From: an uncultured Cytophagales bacterium
GTDB lineage: Bacteria > Bacteroidota > Bacteroidia > Cytophagales > Spirosomataceae
Direction of reading: 5' to 3'
Length of the DNA: 64,000 nt
Assembly (NCBI GenBank): GCA_964251665.1
Contig: CAXUKO010000005.1
Span: 313,285 to 377,284, forward strand
Shown: positions 18,717 through 29,184 of the stretch, in pieces
Layout of the letters: each line of letters opens with the position of its first letter
Numbering within the stretch: the first letter of the stretch is position 1
The notes under the pieces: model-generated
What the model was told of the DNA's origin: nothing
The model's input: the letters and a program-made list of their open reading frames with translations, nothing else
Databases searched by the model: none
Made by a program: the position numbers and the translations under genes

Positions 18717-19665
18717 CCCCCGAAGTATTGGTCGGCTGAAAAGACCGACTGACCGTTTTCGCCTGTTTGACTACATAGGGCGGCAGTCCGCTCTGAGTCA
18801 GAAATAGTTTACCGATGTATTCACTCAACACGCCCAGGAATAGCAGTTGCAACCCGGTCAGCAGCATTACTACCCAGACGACAATCTGCCAGCCCGACAC
18901 CGTTAGCAACCCGGTCAGCGACGCAACAAATAACCCGGTTCCACCCAGCAGGCTACCCATAAATAACAGCGCGCCGATGGCAGTAAACACCCGCAGCGGC
19001 AATACAGAGTAGCCCGTCATCACGGTCATAAAGAGCGAAATCAATTTACGCCAGGTATAATTCGACTTCCCATCCTGACGGGCGTGGTGTGGCACTTCTA
19101 CGCTCGTAACGTAGCAGGTGGCCCGGAAAATCAATCCGTCAATGTATGGGTACGGCCCTTTATACCGAATAATTTCATTCACTACCTCCCGTCGAATCAG
19201 TTTAAAACTGGACAGATACAGCGTGCGGGGTTTACCAATCAAATGAGTGGCCAGCCAGTTCAGCACCTGACTCCCTGCATTACGAACAACACTGTGCTGC
19301 TTCTCCACGTAGCGGCTGTATACAACATCATGTCCGCCCGCTTCGGCTGTTTCGAGCAGGGTAAGAATAGCTTCCGGCGGGTTCTGGAAATCATCGTCAA
19401 CAAGGGCAACAAACTCGCCACGAGCGTAATTAAGACCACAGAGTACTGCATTAAACTCGCCAAAATTCCGGCGGAGACTGATAAAATGCACGTTGTCATA
19501 ACGTTCGGCCAATTCGTTACCAATAACTTCCGAACGGTCCCGGCTACCGTCGTTTACCAGCACCAGTTCAAACGATAACCCGCTTAGGCAGGCCTGCAAA
19601 CGGCTTACCAGCGCAGCCAGCGTTGGGGCACTGTTAAAAACCGGAATAACTACACTCAGTTTCAT
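18700..19665 (-). CDS. GT2 polyprenyl-phosphate glycosyltransferase (ArnC/DPM1-like)
   Basis: Blocks [19 protein letters not shown] (compare ArnC DADLQNPPEEI), GKSNYT and two C-terminal TM helices ending SEYIGKLF (compare ArnC GEYIGRIY). Confidence 0.85.
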   Translation of the reverse strand: MKLSVVIPVFNSAPTLAALVSRLQACLSGLSFELVLVNDGSRDRSEVIGNELAERYDNVHFISLRRNFGEFNAVLCGLNYARGEFVALVDDDFQNPPEAILTLLETAEAGGHDVVYSRYVEKQHSVVRNAGSQVLNWLATHLIGKPRTLYLSSFKLIRREVVNEIIRYKGPYPYIDGLIFRATCYVTSVEVPHHARQDGKSNYTWRKLISLFMTVMTGYSVLPLRVFTAIGALLFMGSLLGGTGLFVASLTGLLTVSGWQIVVWVVMLLTGLQLLFLGVLSEYIGKLFLTQSGLPPYVVKQAKTVSRSFQPTNTSGDDWSA

Positions 19666-20759
19666 AAGGGTAATTGATTTATGACGCTGACGATGTATCC
19701 GGCTTCGGCATCGGTCAGGGTTGAATTAAGCGGTAAACTGATCACCTCGCGGTGGAGTTGCTCTGTAATGGGAAACGACAAATGACCCAATAGCTCCCGA
19801 TAGGCGACCTGCCGATGCGGGGGAATCGGATAATGAACATCGGTACTGATACCCTGCTGTTGCAGGGCAGCCCGAAACCGGTCGCGGTCGGCGTGACGAA
19901 CCACGAACAAATGCCAGGCATCGGCCTCAAGGCTATCCGTCGGAGGAAGCGTCAGGGCAGGATGGGTAATAGTGCTGCTGTAAAAGCGGGCCAGTTCCCG
20001 CCGACGCCCATTGGCAGCATCCAGCCCGGTCAGTTTTTCGCTCAGAATAGCCGCCTGCAGCTCATCCAGCCGACTGTTATGCCCGGGGTAGTCAGCCTGG
20101 TATTTTTGGGTTGAGCCATAGTTCCGCCAGCACCGCAATTGACCGGCCAGTTCAGCATCATTGGTTGTAATGGCACCGGCATCGCCCAAAGCACCCAAAT
20201 TTTTGGTCGGGTAAAAACTAAAACCAGCGGCATCACCCAGTGCGCCCGCCCGAACGCCCTGCCAGGAGGCTCCATGCGCCTGAGCCGCATCTTCGAGCAC
20301 CTTCAAACCATATTGCCGGGCTATTTCATTGATAGCAGTCATGTTGCAGCAGCGCCCATACAGGTGAAGCACCACCACAGCCCGTGTGCGGCTGGTAACG
20401 GCTGCGGCTATACGGGACGCGTCGAGGGTATAGTCGGCCAGTTCCGGCTCGACCAGAATGGGGGTTAGACCGGCATGGGTCACAGCCAGTACCGTAGCAA
20501 TGTAGGCGTTGGCCGGTACGATTACTTCGCTGCCAGCGGGAAAATTCCAGGCTTTCAGCACCAGCGTCAGGGCATCCAGGCCATTGGCGACGCCCACGCA
20601 GTACCGGGTACCGCAATACTGAGCAAAGGCCCGCTCGAAAGTATCAACTTCGTGACCAAGCACATACCAGCCCGACTGTAGTACACGGTCGGCAGCCTGA
20701 CGGAGTTGCACCTCATAAGGTTTATTGACTCGCTGAAGATCAAGGAACGGAATCCTCAT
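19662..20759 (-). CDS. DegT/DnrJ/EryC1/StrS-family PLP-dependent sugar aminotransferase
   Basis: 365 aa with [15 protein letters not shown] (PLP-lysine block). There are ATGA overlaps with both neighbours (19662-19665 and 20756-20759). Confidence 0.88.
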   Translation of the reverse strand: MRIPFLDLQRVNKPYEVQLRQAADRVLQSGWYVLGHEVDTFERAFAQYCGTRYCVGVANGLDALTLVLKAWNFPAGSEVIVPANAYIATVLAVTHAGLTPILVEPELADYTLDASRIAAAVTSRTRAVVVLHLYGRCCNMTAINEIARQYGLKVLEDAAQAHGASWQGVRAGALGDAAGFSFYPTKNLGALGDAGAITTNDAELAGQLRCWRNYGSTQKYQADYPGHNSRLDELQAAILSEKLTGLDAANGRRRELARFYSSTITHPALTLPPTDSLEADAWHLFVVRHADRDRFRAALQQQGISTDVHYPIPPHRQVAYRELLGHLSFPITEQLHREVISLPLNSTLTDAEAGYIVSVINQLPL

Positions 20760-21142
20760 ACAGTGGCTTCCCGGAGGGCAGGGTACGGCTCGTCGATGTA
20801 ATCAGCCTGATCGTAGCGTTGATTCGACACCACCAGCAGGATCGCATCGGGTGTGAATTTATCCATGGTATGCCAGTCTTCCGGCTCCAGAATCAGACAT
20901 TGATTCGGCGTATTGAGCCAGTAGGTTTGCTCTGTTTCACCATTATTGCAATAAACGCGGCAGCTGCCGTTCAAACACACCAGCGCATTCCATGTTTTTT
21001 TATGCCGATGACCCGCCCGTTCACCCTCGCCCACACCATATATGTAAAAAACCCGCTGAATAGCTCCGGGGATAATGTTTTCAAAAACAGTTAACTGTCC
21101 AGCGTCAGAAGTAAATGTTTTCAGTTCTATAAGTTGCGGCAT
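20756..21142 (-). CDS. FdtA/WxcM-like cupin, probable NDP-4-keto-6-deoxyhexose 3,4-ketoisomerase
   Basis: 128-aa cupin with [30 protein letters not shown], the FdtA-like pattern. First gene of the operon. Confidence 0.75.
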   Translation of the reverse strand: MPQLIELKTFTSDAGQLTVFENIIPGAIQRVFYIYGVGEGERAGHRHKKTWNALVCLNGSCRVYCNNGETEQTYWLNTPNQCLILEPEDWHTMDKFTPDAILLVVSNQRYDQADYIDEPYPALREATV

Positions 21143-21315
21143 AAACGGTGGGTACTACTTAGTTGATGAACGGAATAAAAATAATAAGACGTTATAAGCG
21201 GGTGTGGATTGCAAACAAGCCTTACTGAGAAGATGTAGCCCAATGGTTACTTTCTTGATTGACAAAATTAGGCATTAATCTGATTTTAACCTTTTTGTCC
21301 CTATATTATATTGAG

Positions 21316-21942
21316 ATGATTTCAAAACCTTACTTATTCATCGGTATTATCATTTTGTTAGCAATAGTTAGTTACGTTACGCTTTTCAATCAAAGTGATT
21401 CCTCGCTCGATTCAATCACGCCCGAAGCGTATCAAAAACAGTTGACCGAAGCCCGGCAGAAAAAAGACCAGTTTTACCGGACCAGTGCTGATTCGCCCAT
21501 TGCTGACAAAGCCCACTTTAAGGGTCTTTCCTATTTTGACCCCTCGCTTACCTTCCGCGTCACTGCCCGGCTCGAACCTTTTGCCGATAAAACACAAAAA
21601 TTAATCGTGCCCCTAAGCGACGGCTCCGAAGAAGTATATGAGAAGTATGCCCATGCTGTGTTTAAGCTCAATGATACCCTGTGCCGGGTGCTGATTGTCC
21701 GGCACGATGGCACCTTGTCTGTTTTGTTTAAAGACGCGACCTCGGGTCATGAAACCTACGGCGGAGGCCGCTATATTGATTTAGAACCGTCGGCTATCAC
21801 CGAAAATAAGGTGGTGCTGGACTTCAACGCGGCTTATAATCCTTACTGTGCCTACGCTCCCGATTATGCCTGTCCTCTCCCACCCGCCGAAAATACGCTA
21901 CCCGTTGCCGTACGGGCGGGCGAACGCTATGCCGGTCACTGA
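21316..21942 (+). CDS. DUF1684 domain protein
   Basis: I moved the start to ATG 21316 because the track start is a TTG. It has an N-terminal TM helix and the blocks FYRTSADSPI, YGGGRYIDLE, LDFNAAYNPYCAY. Confidence 0.7.
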   Translation: MISKPYLFIGIIILLAIVSYVTLFNQSDSSLDSITPEAYQKQLTEARQKKDQFYRTSADSPIADKAHFKGLSYFDPSLTFRVTARLEPFADKTQKLIVPLSDGSEEVYEKYAHAVFKLNDTLCRVLIVRHDGTLSVLFKDATSGHETYGGGRYIDLEPSAITENKVVLDFNAAYNPYCAYAPDYACPLPPAENTLPVAVRAGERYAGH

Positions 21943-22035
21943 GCCGGTCGGCCGGATTAATTTTCCCCGGTCGCTTTGGCCTGTGCCCCTTGCATTTTTG
22001 TCTACCTTTGCGGTTTCAATCGCTTATGCCGCCGT

Positions 22036-24483
22036 ATGGAGATTTCGTATAAATGGCTTTCTCAGTTCATTGACCTTTCTGAAGATCCGGAAACGGTGGG
22101 CCAGCGCCTGACCGCTACCGGCCTTGAAGTTGAACATATCGAAAAAGTTGAGGCCATTCCCGGTGGCCTTGCCGGACTGGTTGTCGGCGAAGTGCTAACC
22201 TGTGAAAAACACCCCGAAGCGGATAAATTGAGCCTGACAACCGTTGACGCGGGTACCGGTCAGCCATTACCCATCGTTTGCGGAGCACCCAACGTTCGGG
22301 CGGGTCAGAAGGTGATTGTGGCGCTGGTGGGTGCCACCCTGTACCCAACGGGTAAATCAGGGTCACCTGCCGAATCTTTTCAGATTAAAAAAGCTAAAAT
22401 CCGGGGAGCGGCTTCCGAAGGTATGCTGTGCGCCGAAGATGAAATAGGCTTCGGCACATCGCATGACGGCATTATGGTGCTGACAACCGACCTGCCAAAT
22501 GGTACCCCGGCGGCCCGTTATTTCAACCTCGAAGCGGATTACCGCATTGAAATTGGCCTTACGCCCAACCGGGCCGATGCCGCATCGCACCTTGGCGTGG
22601 CCCGCGATCTGAAGGCCGTTCTCAACCGGGAACTGACCCTACCTTCCGTCGCTGATTTTGCCGTCGCAAATACGGACCTGCCGATGGATGTGCGTGTGGA
22701 CGATACCGAAGCCTGCCCCCGCTACTGTGGCGTAACGATCACCAACCTTACTGTCGGAGAATCGCCGGACTGGTTAAAACAGCGGTTGCTGAGCATTGGT
22801 CTGACGCCAATTAATAACGTGGTCGATGTGACCAATTTTGTCTGTCACGACCTGGGTCAGCCCTTGCATGCCTTCGATGCCGATCAGATTACGGGGCATC
22901 AGGTTCGTGTGAAGACACTGCCCGCCGGAACTCCTTTTGTTACGCTCGACGGGGTGGAACGCAAGCTCTCCGCTACCGACCTGATGATTTGTGATGCCGA
23001 GAAACCCATGTGTATAGCGGGTGTTTTTGGCGGCAAGTCATCCGGGGTAACCACAGCAACAAATAAGATCTTTCTGGAGTCGGCGTATTTCTCTCCGGTA
23101 TCCGTTCGGAAAACAGCGCAGTATCACGGCCTGAAAACAGATGCCTCGTTTCGGTTTGAACGCGGTACCGACCCGAACATGCCAATCTACGCGCTTAAAC
23201 GGGCAGCCTTGCTGTTGCAGGAAATTGCGGGCGGAGTTGTCTCGTCGGAAATAACGGATATATACCCGAATCCGATTGAGGATTTCGTGGTGCCGGTATC
23301 CTACAAAAACATTGACCGGCTGATTGGTATCAAACTCGACCACACGCTAATTCACCAAACCCTGCACAGTCTTGATATTCGGACAGAGAACCTAACGGAA
23401 GCAGGCTTCACGGCGCTGGTGCCGCCCTACCGGGTCGATGTAACCCGGGAGGCCGATGTGATCGAAGAGATTCTCCGGATTTATGGAGTCGACAACGTAC
23501 CCCTGTCTGATCATCTTGGTGCGGATTCGCTGTCGGAGTTCCCCAAAACGGATGTCAACGAGTTACAGCGCCGGGTAAGTCAGGCGCTGGCAGCCACTGG
23601 TTTTTACGAAATCGTAACAGTTTCGCTCACGCGGCCGTCTTACCACGATGCGATCCGGGCTATCCTTCCTGGTGCGGACGTTACGCTGCTGAATCCGCTG
23701 AGCGAAGACCTGTCCGTAATGCGGCAGTCGATGCTGTTCTCAACCCTGGAAACACTGGTCTACAACATCAACCGACGCCAGCGCGACACGAAAGTCTTTG
23801 ACCTGGGGAAAGTATATTACCGGAAACCGGGTCAGGCTGGTGAGTCAGGCAAATATGTGGAGAGTTACCGGCTGGCCCTCGCCCTGACGGGAAACCGCAC
23901 TGCCGAAACCTGGCAGCACAAAGCTCAACCGGCCACGTATCACGATCTGGCGGCTGCGGTGCAAACGGTGCTGCATATGTTCCGGGTGAAAAATGTAGAT
24001 ACGCAACCCGCCGACACAACGCTTTTTCAGTATGGGTTAACGTATCTGGTCAATAAAAAACCGGTAGTAAGTCTGGGTCTTGTTCAGCCAAAACTGGCTC
24101 GGTTAGTTGATTTGAAACAACCCGTTTTCTACGCCGACTTTGACTGGACCGCGTTGACGAAACTGTACAACAGCAAGGTGGTTTACGACGAAGTACCTCG
24201 TTTCCCCGAAGTCCGGCGCGACCTCTCGCTGGTGCTTGACAAGGCGGTTTCGTTTGAACAAATTAACCGGCTGGCAGGGCAGACCGAGCGCAAACTGCTG
24301 CGGGCGGTCAACGTATTCGATGTCTATGAGGGCGAAAATGTGGGGGCCGATAAAAAATCATATTCAGTGAATTTTACCCTGCAAGACTCCACTCAGACGC
24401 TTACTGACGCGGTAATTGATAAAACAATGCAGCGGCTGATGAGTGCTTTCGAGCGGGAATTGGGGGCTATTATCCGTAAATAA
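22036..24483 (+). CDS. pheT: phenylalanine--tRNA ligase beta subunit
   Basis: Start placed at MEISYKWLSQFIDL (ATG 22036). tRNA-binding domain (KHPEADKLSLTTVD), B3/4, B5 and C-terminal FDX-ACB regions are recognisable. Confidence 0.93.
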   Translation: MEISYKWLSQFIDLSEDPETVGQRLTATGLEVEHIEKVEAIPGGLAGLVVGEVLTCEKHPEADKLSLTTVDAGTGQPLPIVCGAPNVRAGQKVIVALVGATLYPTGKSGSPAESFQIKKAKIRGAASEGMLCAEDEIGFGTSHDGIMVLTTDLPNGTPAARYFNLEADYRIEIGLTPNRADAASHLGVARDLKAVLNRELTLPSVADFAVANTDLPMDVRVDDTEACPRYCGVTITNLTVGESPDWLKQRLLSIGLTPINNVVDVTNFVCHDLGQPLHAFDADQITGHQVRVKTLPAGTPFVTLDGVERKLSATDLMICDAEKPMCIAGVFGGKSSGVTTATNKIFLESAYFSPVSVRKTAQYHGLKTDASFRFERGTDPNMPIYALKRAALLLQEIAGGVVSSEITDIYPNPIEDFVVPVSYKNIDRLIGIKLDHTLIHQTLHSLDIRTENLTEAGFTALVPPYRVDVTREADVIEEILRIYGVDNVPLSDHLGADSLSEFPKTDVNELQRRVSQALAATGFYEIVTVSLTRPSYHDAIRAILPGADVTLLNPLSEDLSVMRQSMLFSTLETLVYNINRRQRDTKVFDLGKVYYRKPGQAGESGKYVESYRLALALTGNRTAETWQHKAQPATYHDLAAAVQTVLHMFRVKNVDTQPADTTLFQYGLTYLVNKKPVVSLGLVQPKLARLVDLKQPVFYADFDWTALTKLYNSKVVYDEVPRFPEVRRDLSLVLDKAVSFEQINRLAGQTERKLLRAVNVFDVYEGENVGADKKSYSVNFTLQDSTQTLTDAVIDKTMQRLMSAFERELGAIIRK

Positions 24484-24533
24484 AGCGGCTGGTCGCCGGG
24501 CGATCAGCAAACGCTATTTTTGATCTTTTTTAC

Positions 24534-24872
24534 ATGGGGAGTGAGTTTCAGGTTATTCTACAATTAGATGCGCTCATTCAGAAGAGTGAAGTGCTGATCC
24601 GTCTATTAGACGAAGCACGTTTGCGCGTCCAACAGTTGGAAAGTGAAAATGAAACCCTGCAAAATACACTAAAGGACTACCAAAATCAGGTCAAACAGTT
24701 ACAACGAAAACCAAATGAATCGGCTCAAGTCTTTCTAAATCCGAAAGATTTGAGTAAGATTGTAAGCGACAACCCGACCAATACGGTCTCGAATGCCGAA
24801 ATAAAACAAAAACTCGACGAGTATATCCGGGAAATAGATCGGTGTATTGCTCACCTGAGTAGCTTGTCATAA
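24534..24872 (+). CDS. coiled-coil protein of unknown function (possible ZapA partner)
   Basis: 112 aa with heptad-rich LLDEARLRVQQLESENETLQNTLKDYQNQVKQLQRK. It lies between pheT and zapA on the same strand. Confidence 0.5.
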   Translation: MGSEFQVILQLDALIQKSEVLIRLLDEARLRVQQLESENETLQNTLKDYQNQVKQLQRKPNESAQVFLNPKDLSKIVSDNPTNTVSNAEIKQKLDEYIREIDRCIAHLSSLS

Positions 24873-24929
24873 ACCCAAACTGGTCATTGCTCCTGTCGAT
24901 AAAAACAGGTATATGACCTTCCGAAAACG

Positions 24930-25214
24930 ATGGACCAATTATCGATCCGCCTGAAAATCGTTGACCGGGAGTATGTGTTAAAAACACCCCCGGACGAAGA
25001 ATTTTTCCTGCGCGAAGCCGGAAAGCTCATTCAGGAACGGATACGCCATCACCGCGAGTCAGGCGTCCGGGATATACAGGACGTAATGGCTATGGTAGCC
25101 CTTGAATGTCTGGTAGCCCGGCTGAAAGGCGACGATAAGGCCCAGCGATTTACGAAAATGGTAGTTGACAGAACCACTCAGTTAGACAAAGTCATTTCAC
25201 CCTCGACCCAATAG
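24930..25214 (+). CDS. zapA: cell division protein ZapA
   Basis: 94 aa with IRLKIVDREYVLKTPPDEE..LREAGKLIQERI, the ZapA pattern. The pheT-zapA-rny neighbourhood is a common synteny. Confidence 0.8.
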   Translation: MDQLSIRLKIVDREYVLKTPPDEEFFLREAGKLIQERIRHHRESGVRDIQDVMAMVALECLVARLKGDDKAQRFTKMVVDRTTQLDKVISPSTQ

Positions 25215-25327
25215 AGATTTGACTGACAACGATTTAACACCTGAATAGCGTAGAGTTTTTTCGGTGACAGACGTATCGCGGCCGGTTGTGCATAGTTTAT
25301 GTTCAACCAAAAAACGATATATGTTTC

Positions 25328-26959
25328 ATGGAAAACTCATTATTACTAATACTCCTGACCAACCTGCTGGCGTTGGGCGTTGGTGTATTTGTGGGCCGTA
25401 AAATGCTCAGCAAAGCCTTCGGCAGCAAAGAACGGGAAGCGGAAGAAAAAGCGTCCCTGATTCTTAAAAATGCTGAAATACAGGCCGAATCAATAAAGAA
25501 AGACCGGATGCTGGAAGCCAAGGAAAAATACCTGAAGCTGAAAGTTGAATTTGAAGAATCGACGAACCAAAAGAGAAATTTACTTCAGCAAAATGAAAAC
25601 GCGCTCAAGCAGCGCGAGCAACAATTAAACCAACTGCGGGAACAAAGCAAACGCCGGGAAACCGAACTCGACGATCTGAAAAAAGCCGTTGACGAACAGC
25701 GAAAAACCCTTGATCAGCAGCGGAACGCGCTGGATCAGCAGAAAAATAGCCTTGCCCTTAAGTTTGAAGCGGCCGACAAACGGCAGGCCGAAGCCGATAA
25801 GATGCTGGCCGAACAGGTTAGCCAATTGGAACGCATCGCCAGCCTGACCGCCGACGAAGCCCGCGAACAACTCATCGACACGCTGAAGGCTGAAGCCGAA
25901 ACACGGGCGTCGTCCTACGTCAAAAACATCGTTGAAGAAGCGAAATTGACGGCCACCAAAGAAGCAAAAAAGGTGGTGATCGAAACCATTCAGCGGACGG
26001 CTACCGAACACGCCATCGAAAACTGCGTATCAGTCTTTAACATCGAATCTGACGATGTAAAGGGTAAGATTATCGGGCGCGAAGGTCGTAATATCCGCGC
26101 GCTGGAAGCCGCTACGGGCGTTGAGTTCATTGTCGATGATACACCGGAAGCTATTATCATTTCAGGGTTCGATCCCGTCCGGCGGGAGATCGCCCGCCTG
26201 TCGCTACACCGGCTGGTGCAGGATGGCCGGATTCACCCCGCCCGTATTGAGGAGGTCGTTGCCAAGACCCGCAAAAACATCGAGGATGAAATTGTTGAGA
26301 TTGGCGAACGGACTGTTATCGACCTCGGCATTCATGGCCTGCACCCGGAACTGATCAAGATGGTAGGCCGGATGCGTTTCCGGTCCAGTTACGGTCAGAA
26401 TCTGTTGCAGCACTCACGCGAGGTAGCTAAGCTTTGCGCCACTATGGCGGCCGAACTGGGGCTGAACGCCAAGCTGGCGAAACGGGCCGGTCTGCTCCAC
26501 GATATTGGTAAAGTCTGGCATGAAGAGGCCGAATTGCCCCACGCCATTCTGGGTATGGAGTTGGCGAAGAAGTACAAAGAGAACCCCGAGGTTATCAATG
26601 CCATTGGTGCTCACCACGACGAGATCGAGATGACCACCATGATTTCGCCCATTGTGCAGGTATGCGATGCCGTATCAGGCTCGCGGCCCGGAGCCCGACG
26701 CGAAATGATGGAGTCGTATATCAAGCGGCTGAAAGAGCTTGAATTGCTGGCCACTAATTTCCCCGGTGTTCAGAAGTGTTACGCTATTCAGGCGGGCCGC
26801 GAACTCCGCGTGATGGTCGACGCCGATCATGTGACCGATGACCGGGCGAACACACTATCGTACGAAATCTCGCAGAAAATCGAGAAAGAAATGCAGTATC
26901 CCGGCCAGATTAAAGTGACGGTTATTCGCGAGATGCGGGCCGTTGCCTATGCCAAATAG
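25328..26959 (+). CDS. rny: ribonuclease Y
   Basis: Start at [10 protein letters not shown] (ATG 25328). It has an N-terminal TM helix, a long coiled coil, a KH block [15 protein letters not shown] and an HD block LLHDIGK..GAHHD. Confidence 0.93.
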   Translation: MENSLLLILLTNLLALGVGVFVGRKMLSKAFGSKEREAEEKASLILKNAEIQAESIKKDRMLEAKEKYLKLKVEFEESTNQKRNLLQQNENALKQREQQLNQLREQSKRRETELDDLKKAVDEQRKTLDQQRNALDQQKNSLALKFEAADKRQAEADKMLAEQVSQLERIASLTADEAREQLIDTLKAEAETRASSYVKNIVEEAKLTATKEAKKVVIETIQRTATEHAIENCVSVFNIESDDVKGKIIGREGRNIRALEAATGVEFIVDDTPEAIIISGFDPVRREIARLSLHRLVQDGRIHPARIEEVVAKTRKNIEDEIVEIGERTVIDLGIHGLHPELIKMVGRMRFRSSYGQNLLQHSREVAKLCATMAAELGLNAKLAKRAGLLHDIGKVWHEEAELPHAILGMELAKKYKENPEVINAIGAHHDEIEMTTMISPIVQVCDAVSGSRPGARREMMESYIKRLKELELLATNFPGVQKCYAIQAGRELRVMVDADHVTDDRANTLSYEISQKIEKEMQYPGQIKVTVIREMRAVAYAK

Positions 26960-26962
26960 CGT

Positions 26963-27036
26963 GGTGTCGGGTTCTCAAACCCGACACCGTAACGTAAAAG
27001 CAGAAAAGACCGGCTTCCCGGTCTTTTCTGCTTTTA
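26963..27036. terminator. two consecutive hairpin terminators between convergent rny and the NIF3-like gene
   Basis: Hairpin 1 (26963-26988) has an 11-bp stem, ggtgtcgggtt/aacccgacacc. Hairpin 2 (26995-27036) has a perfect 19-bp stem, taaaagcagaaaagaccgg-cttc-ccggtcttttctgctttta, whose 3' arm contains the NIF3-like stop codon. Confidence 0.8.
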
Positions 27037-27768
27037 CGGCGCTTTATCTGGTAGAAACGTTAGCACGGCAAGCTCCGGGTAATGTATATGCAGAATTGAA
27101 GCTAAGGTATGTAAGCCCCACTCTTCGCTTCGCCGATGGCCAACCGCTATCACAGCCATACCAGTTTCATCGACCGCTTTTTGTGCTGATTTCCGGTATT
27201 GTCCGGTCAGGTACAGGCTGGCTCCCCGCTTCGCTGCTTCCAGAATCAATTGGTCGTTCATTGCCCCAACCACCGCCACTCGATTCAATAAATCAGCCCG
27301 TCCGGGAACAGTCTGATCGTACCCCCCAAAGGCCTGTTCTACCCAATGGCACCAATTCATGAACGTACGGGACGGGAGATCTCCAATCGTCCCAATAGCA
27401 CGGGCTGGCAGCGCTTCCGTTTGTTTATAGCCTATTGGCTCAACCGCTGTCAGGCCGAGTTGATTTGCCAGCGGCTGGTTGAATCCCATCGTCAGTGTTT
27501 CGTCAAAAGGCAAGTGATTATAGAGTACACTTACATCGGATGGCAGCGCATCCGGCGCTAACTGCCACGGCCGGTGTACCCACAGCGCATCTACCTGTTG
27601 TCCAACGACCCAGTTGGTCAGCGCAGGGCCGGGTTCGAGAGCCAGCCCTAACCGCCTGACAGGCCGGTTCGAGCGTTTATACAGTCCGCCCTGCTCAGTC
27701 GGAGGGTACCGATGGACGTTGAAATAAGTGGCCAAAAAATGAGCTATGTCAGCCGAAAAAAGGGTCAT
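27034..27768 (-). CDS. NIF3 (YbgI)-family protein, divergent
   Basis: Alignable by eye to E. coli YbgI: VDALWVHRPW vs ADAVIVHHGYFW, LYNHLPFD vs LYGWHLPLD, VIAVGHRRSEEWG vs YAAGHHATERGG. Confidence 0.6.
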   Translation of the reverse strand: MTLFSADIAHFLATYFNVHRYPPTEQGGLYKRSNRPVRRLGLALEPGPALTNWVVGQQVDALWVHRPWQLAPDALPSDVSVLYNHLPFDETLTMGFNQPLANQLGLTAVEPIGYKQTEALPARAIGTIGDLPSRTFMNWCHWVEQAFGGYDQTVPGRADLLNRVAVVGAMNDQLILEAAKRGASLYLTGQYRKSAQKAVDETGMAVIAVGHRRSEEWGLHTLASILHIHYPELAVLTFLPDKAP

Positions 27769-27854
27769 TTTGCGAAAAACAGGTAAACGTATATACCGAA
27801 ACTTTTAGCGGTTGCGGGTAGTTTTATTTCTTTACGAGACAGACTAAATCCGAT

Positions 27855-29114
27855 ATGCACGATACCCACGAAAAACCCGAAACCGCTGTACTGGTGGCCT
27901 TGGTCACGCAGAAGCAATCAGCCGAGCGGACGCAGGAATATTTGGATGAACTGGCTTTTCTGGCCGAGACATCCGGTGTTACAACCTTGAAATCATTCTC
28001 TCAGCGCCTTGACCGGCCCGATACACGCACGTATGTAGGCAAAGGAAAATTAGAAGAGATTCAGACATACATTATCGAACACCCGGTGGACATGATCATT
28101 TTCGATGATGATCTGACGCCATCACAGGTACGGAATCTGGAGGACACGTTCAAGGAAATCAAAGTCCTTGACCGCAGCCTGCTGATTTTGAACATCTTTT
28201 CGATGCGGGCGCAAACTGCACAGGCCCGCGTGCAGGTCGAACTGGCTCAGTACCAGTACCTGTATCCCCGCCTGACCCGGATGTGGTCGCACTTAACCAG
28301 CCAGAAAGGGGGCGTTGGGATGCGCGGACCGGGTGAGACCGAGTTGGAAACGGACCGCCGGATTGTGAAAGACCGGATTGCATTTCTGAAAGAAAAACTG
28401 GAGAAAATCGACCGGCAGAGTCAGACCCGGCGTAAAGAGCGTGATCGCTTAGTGCGGGTTGCCCTGGTGGGGTACACCAACGTGGGCAAGTCGACACTGA
28501 TGCGGACGCTGGCCAAGTCGGACGTATTTGCCGAGAACAAACTCTTCGCTACTGTGGATTCGACCGTGCGGAAAGTTGTGCTGGGCAACATTCCGTTTCT
28601 GTTGACCGATACCGTTGGGTTTATTCGTAAACTGCCAACTACCCTTATCGAATCGTTTAAGTCAACGCTCGATGAGGTGCGTGAAGCAGACATTCTGCTG
28701 CACGTGGTCGATGTGTCCCATCCGTTGTTTGAAGAGCAGATCGAAGTTGTCAATACCACACTGGCGGAGATTGGCGCAGCCGATAAACCGGTTGTCCTGA
28801 TCTTTAACAAGATGGATAAATTCGAGATCCGGGACGAATGGCTGGATAGCGAACCGGAGGAAGACGACGTGCATGAGCCTGTATCCGTTGCGGTTCAGCA
28901 GCGCACCGCCCTCGACTACCTCAAGAAGACTTATCTGGCCCAGAAGGCCGAGCACGTTGTATTTATCTCAGCTGAAAATCGGGAAAACATCGACGAACTG
29001 CGTGACCTGCTTTATCAGATGGTTCGGGAACGCCATTACAGCATTTACCCCAACTGGAAAGACATTCCACTGGGCGAACTGGCCGATCAGGCCGGTGATG
29101 GTTTGGGGTTGTGA
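27855..29114 (+). CDS. hflX: GTPase HflX
   Basis: HflX N-terminal domain plus G1 GYTNVGKST, G3 DTVGF and G4 NKMD. Confidence 0.92.
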   Translation: MHDTHEKPETAVLVALVTQKQSAERTQEYLDELAFLAETSGVTTLKSFSQRLDRPDTRTYVGKGKLEEIQTYIIEHPVDMIIFDDDLTPSQVRNLEDTFKEIKVLDRSLLILNIFSMRAQTAQARVQVELAQYQYLYPRLTRMWSHLTSQKGGVGMRGPGETELETDRRIVKDRIAFLKEKLEKIDRQSQTRRKERDRLVRVALVGYTNVGKSTLMRTLAKSDVFAENKLFATVDSTVRKVVLGNIPFLLTDTVGFIRKLPTTLIESFKSTLDEVREADILLHVVDVSHPLFEEQIEVVNTTLAEIGAADKPVVLIFNKMDKFEIRDEWLDSEPEEDDVHEPVSVAVQQRTALDYLKKTYLAQKAEHVVFISAENRENIDELRDLLYQMVRERHYSIYPNWKDIPLGELADQAGDGLGL

Positions 29115-29146
29115 GTTTATTTTGAGAGTTTTGCGTACGAATCAGG

Positions 29147-29181
29147 AGCCTGTAAGGTCATGAACACTTTACAGGCTTTTC
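29147..29181 (+). terminator. hairpin terminator after hflX
   Basis: agcctgtaa...ttacaggct (9-bp stem, 13-nt loop) followed by tttt. Confidence 0.45.
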
Positions 29182-29184
29182 AAT

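Noticed and set aside
25215-25327. Possible 6S RNA (ssrS) downstream of zapA, as in E. coli
   Set aside because: The spacer is only 113 nt, too short for a ~180-nt 6S RNA. I see no long, bulged, closed duplex.
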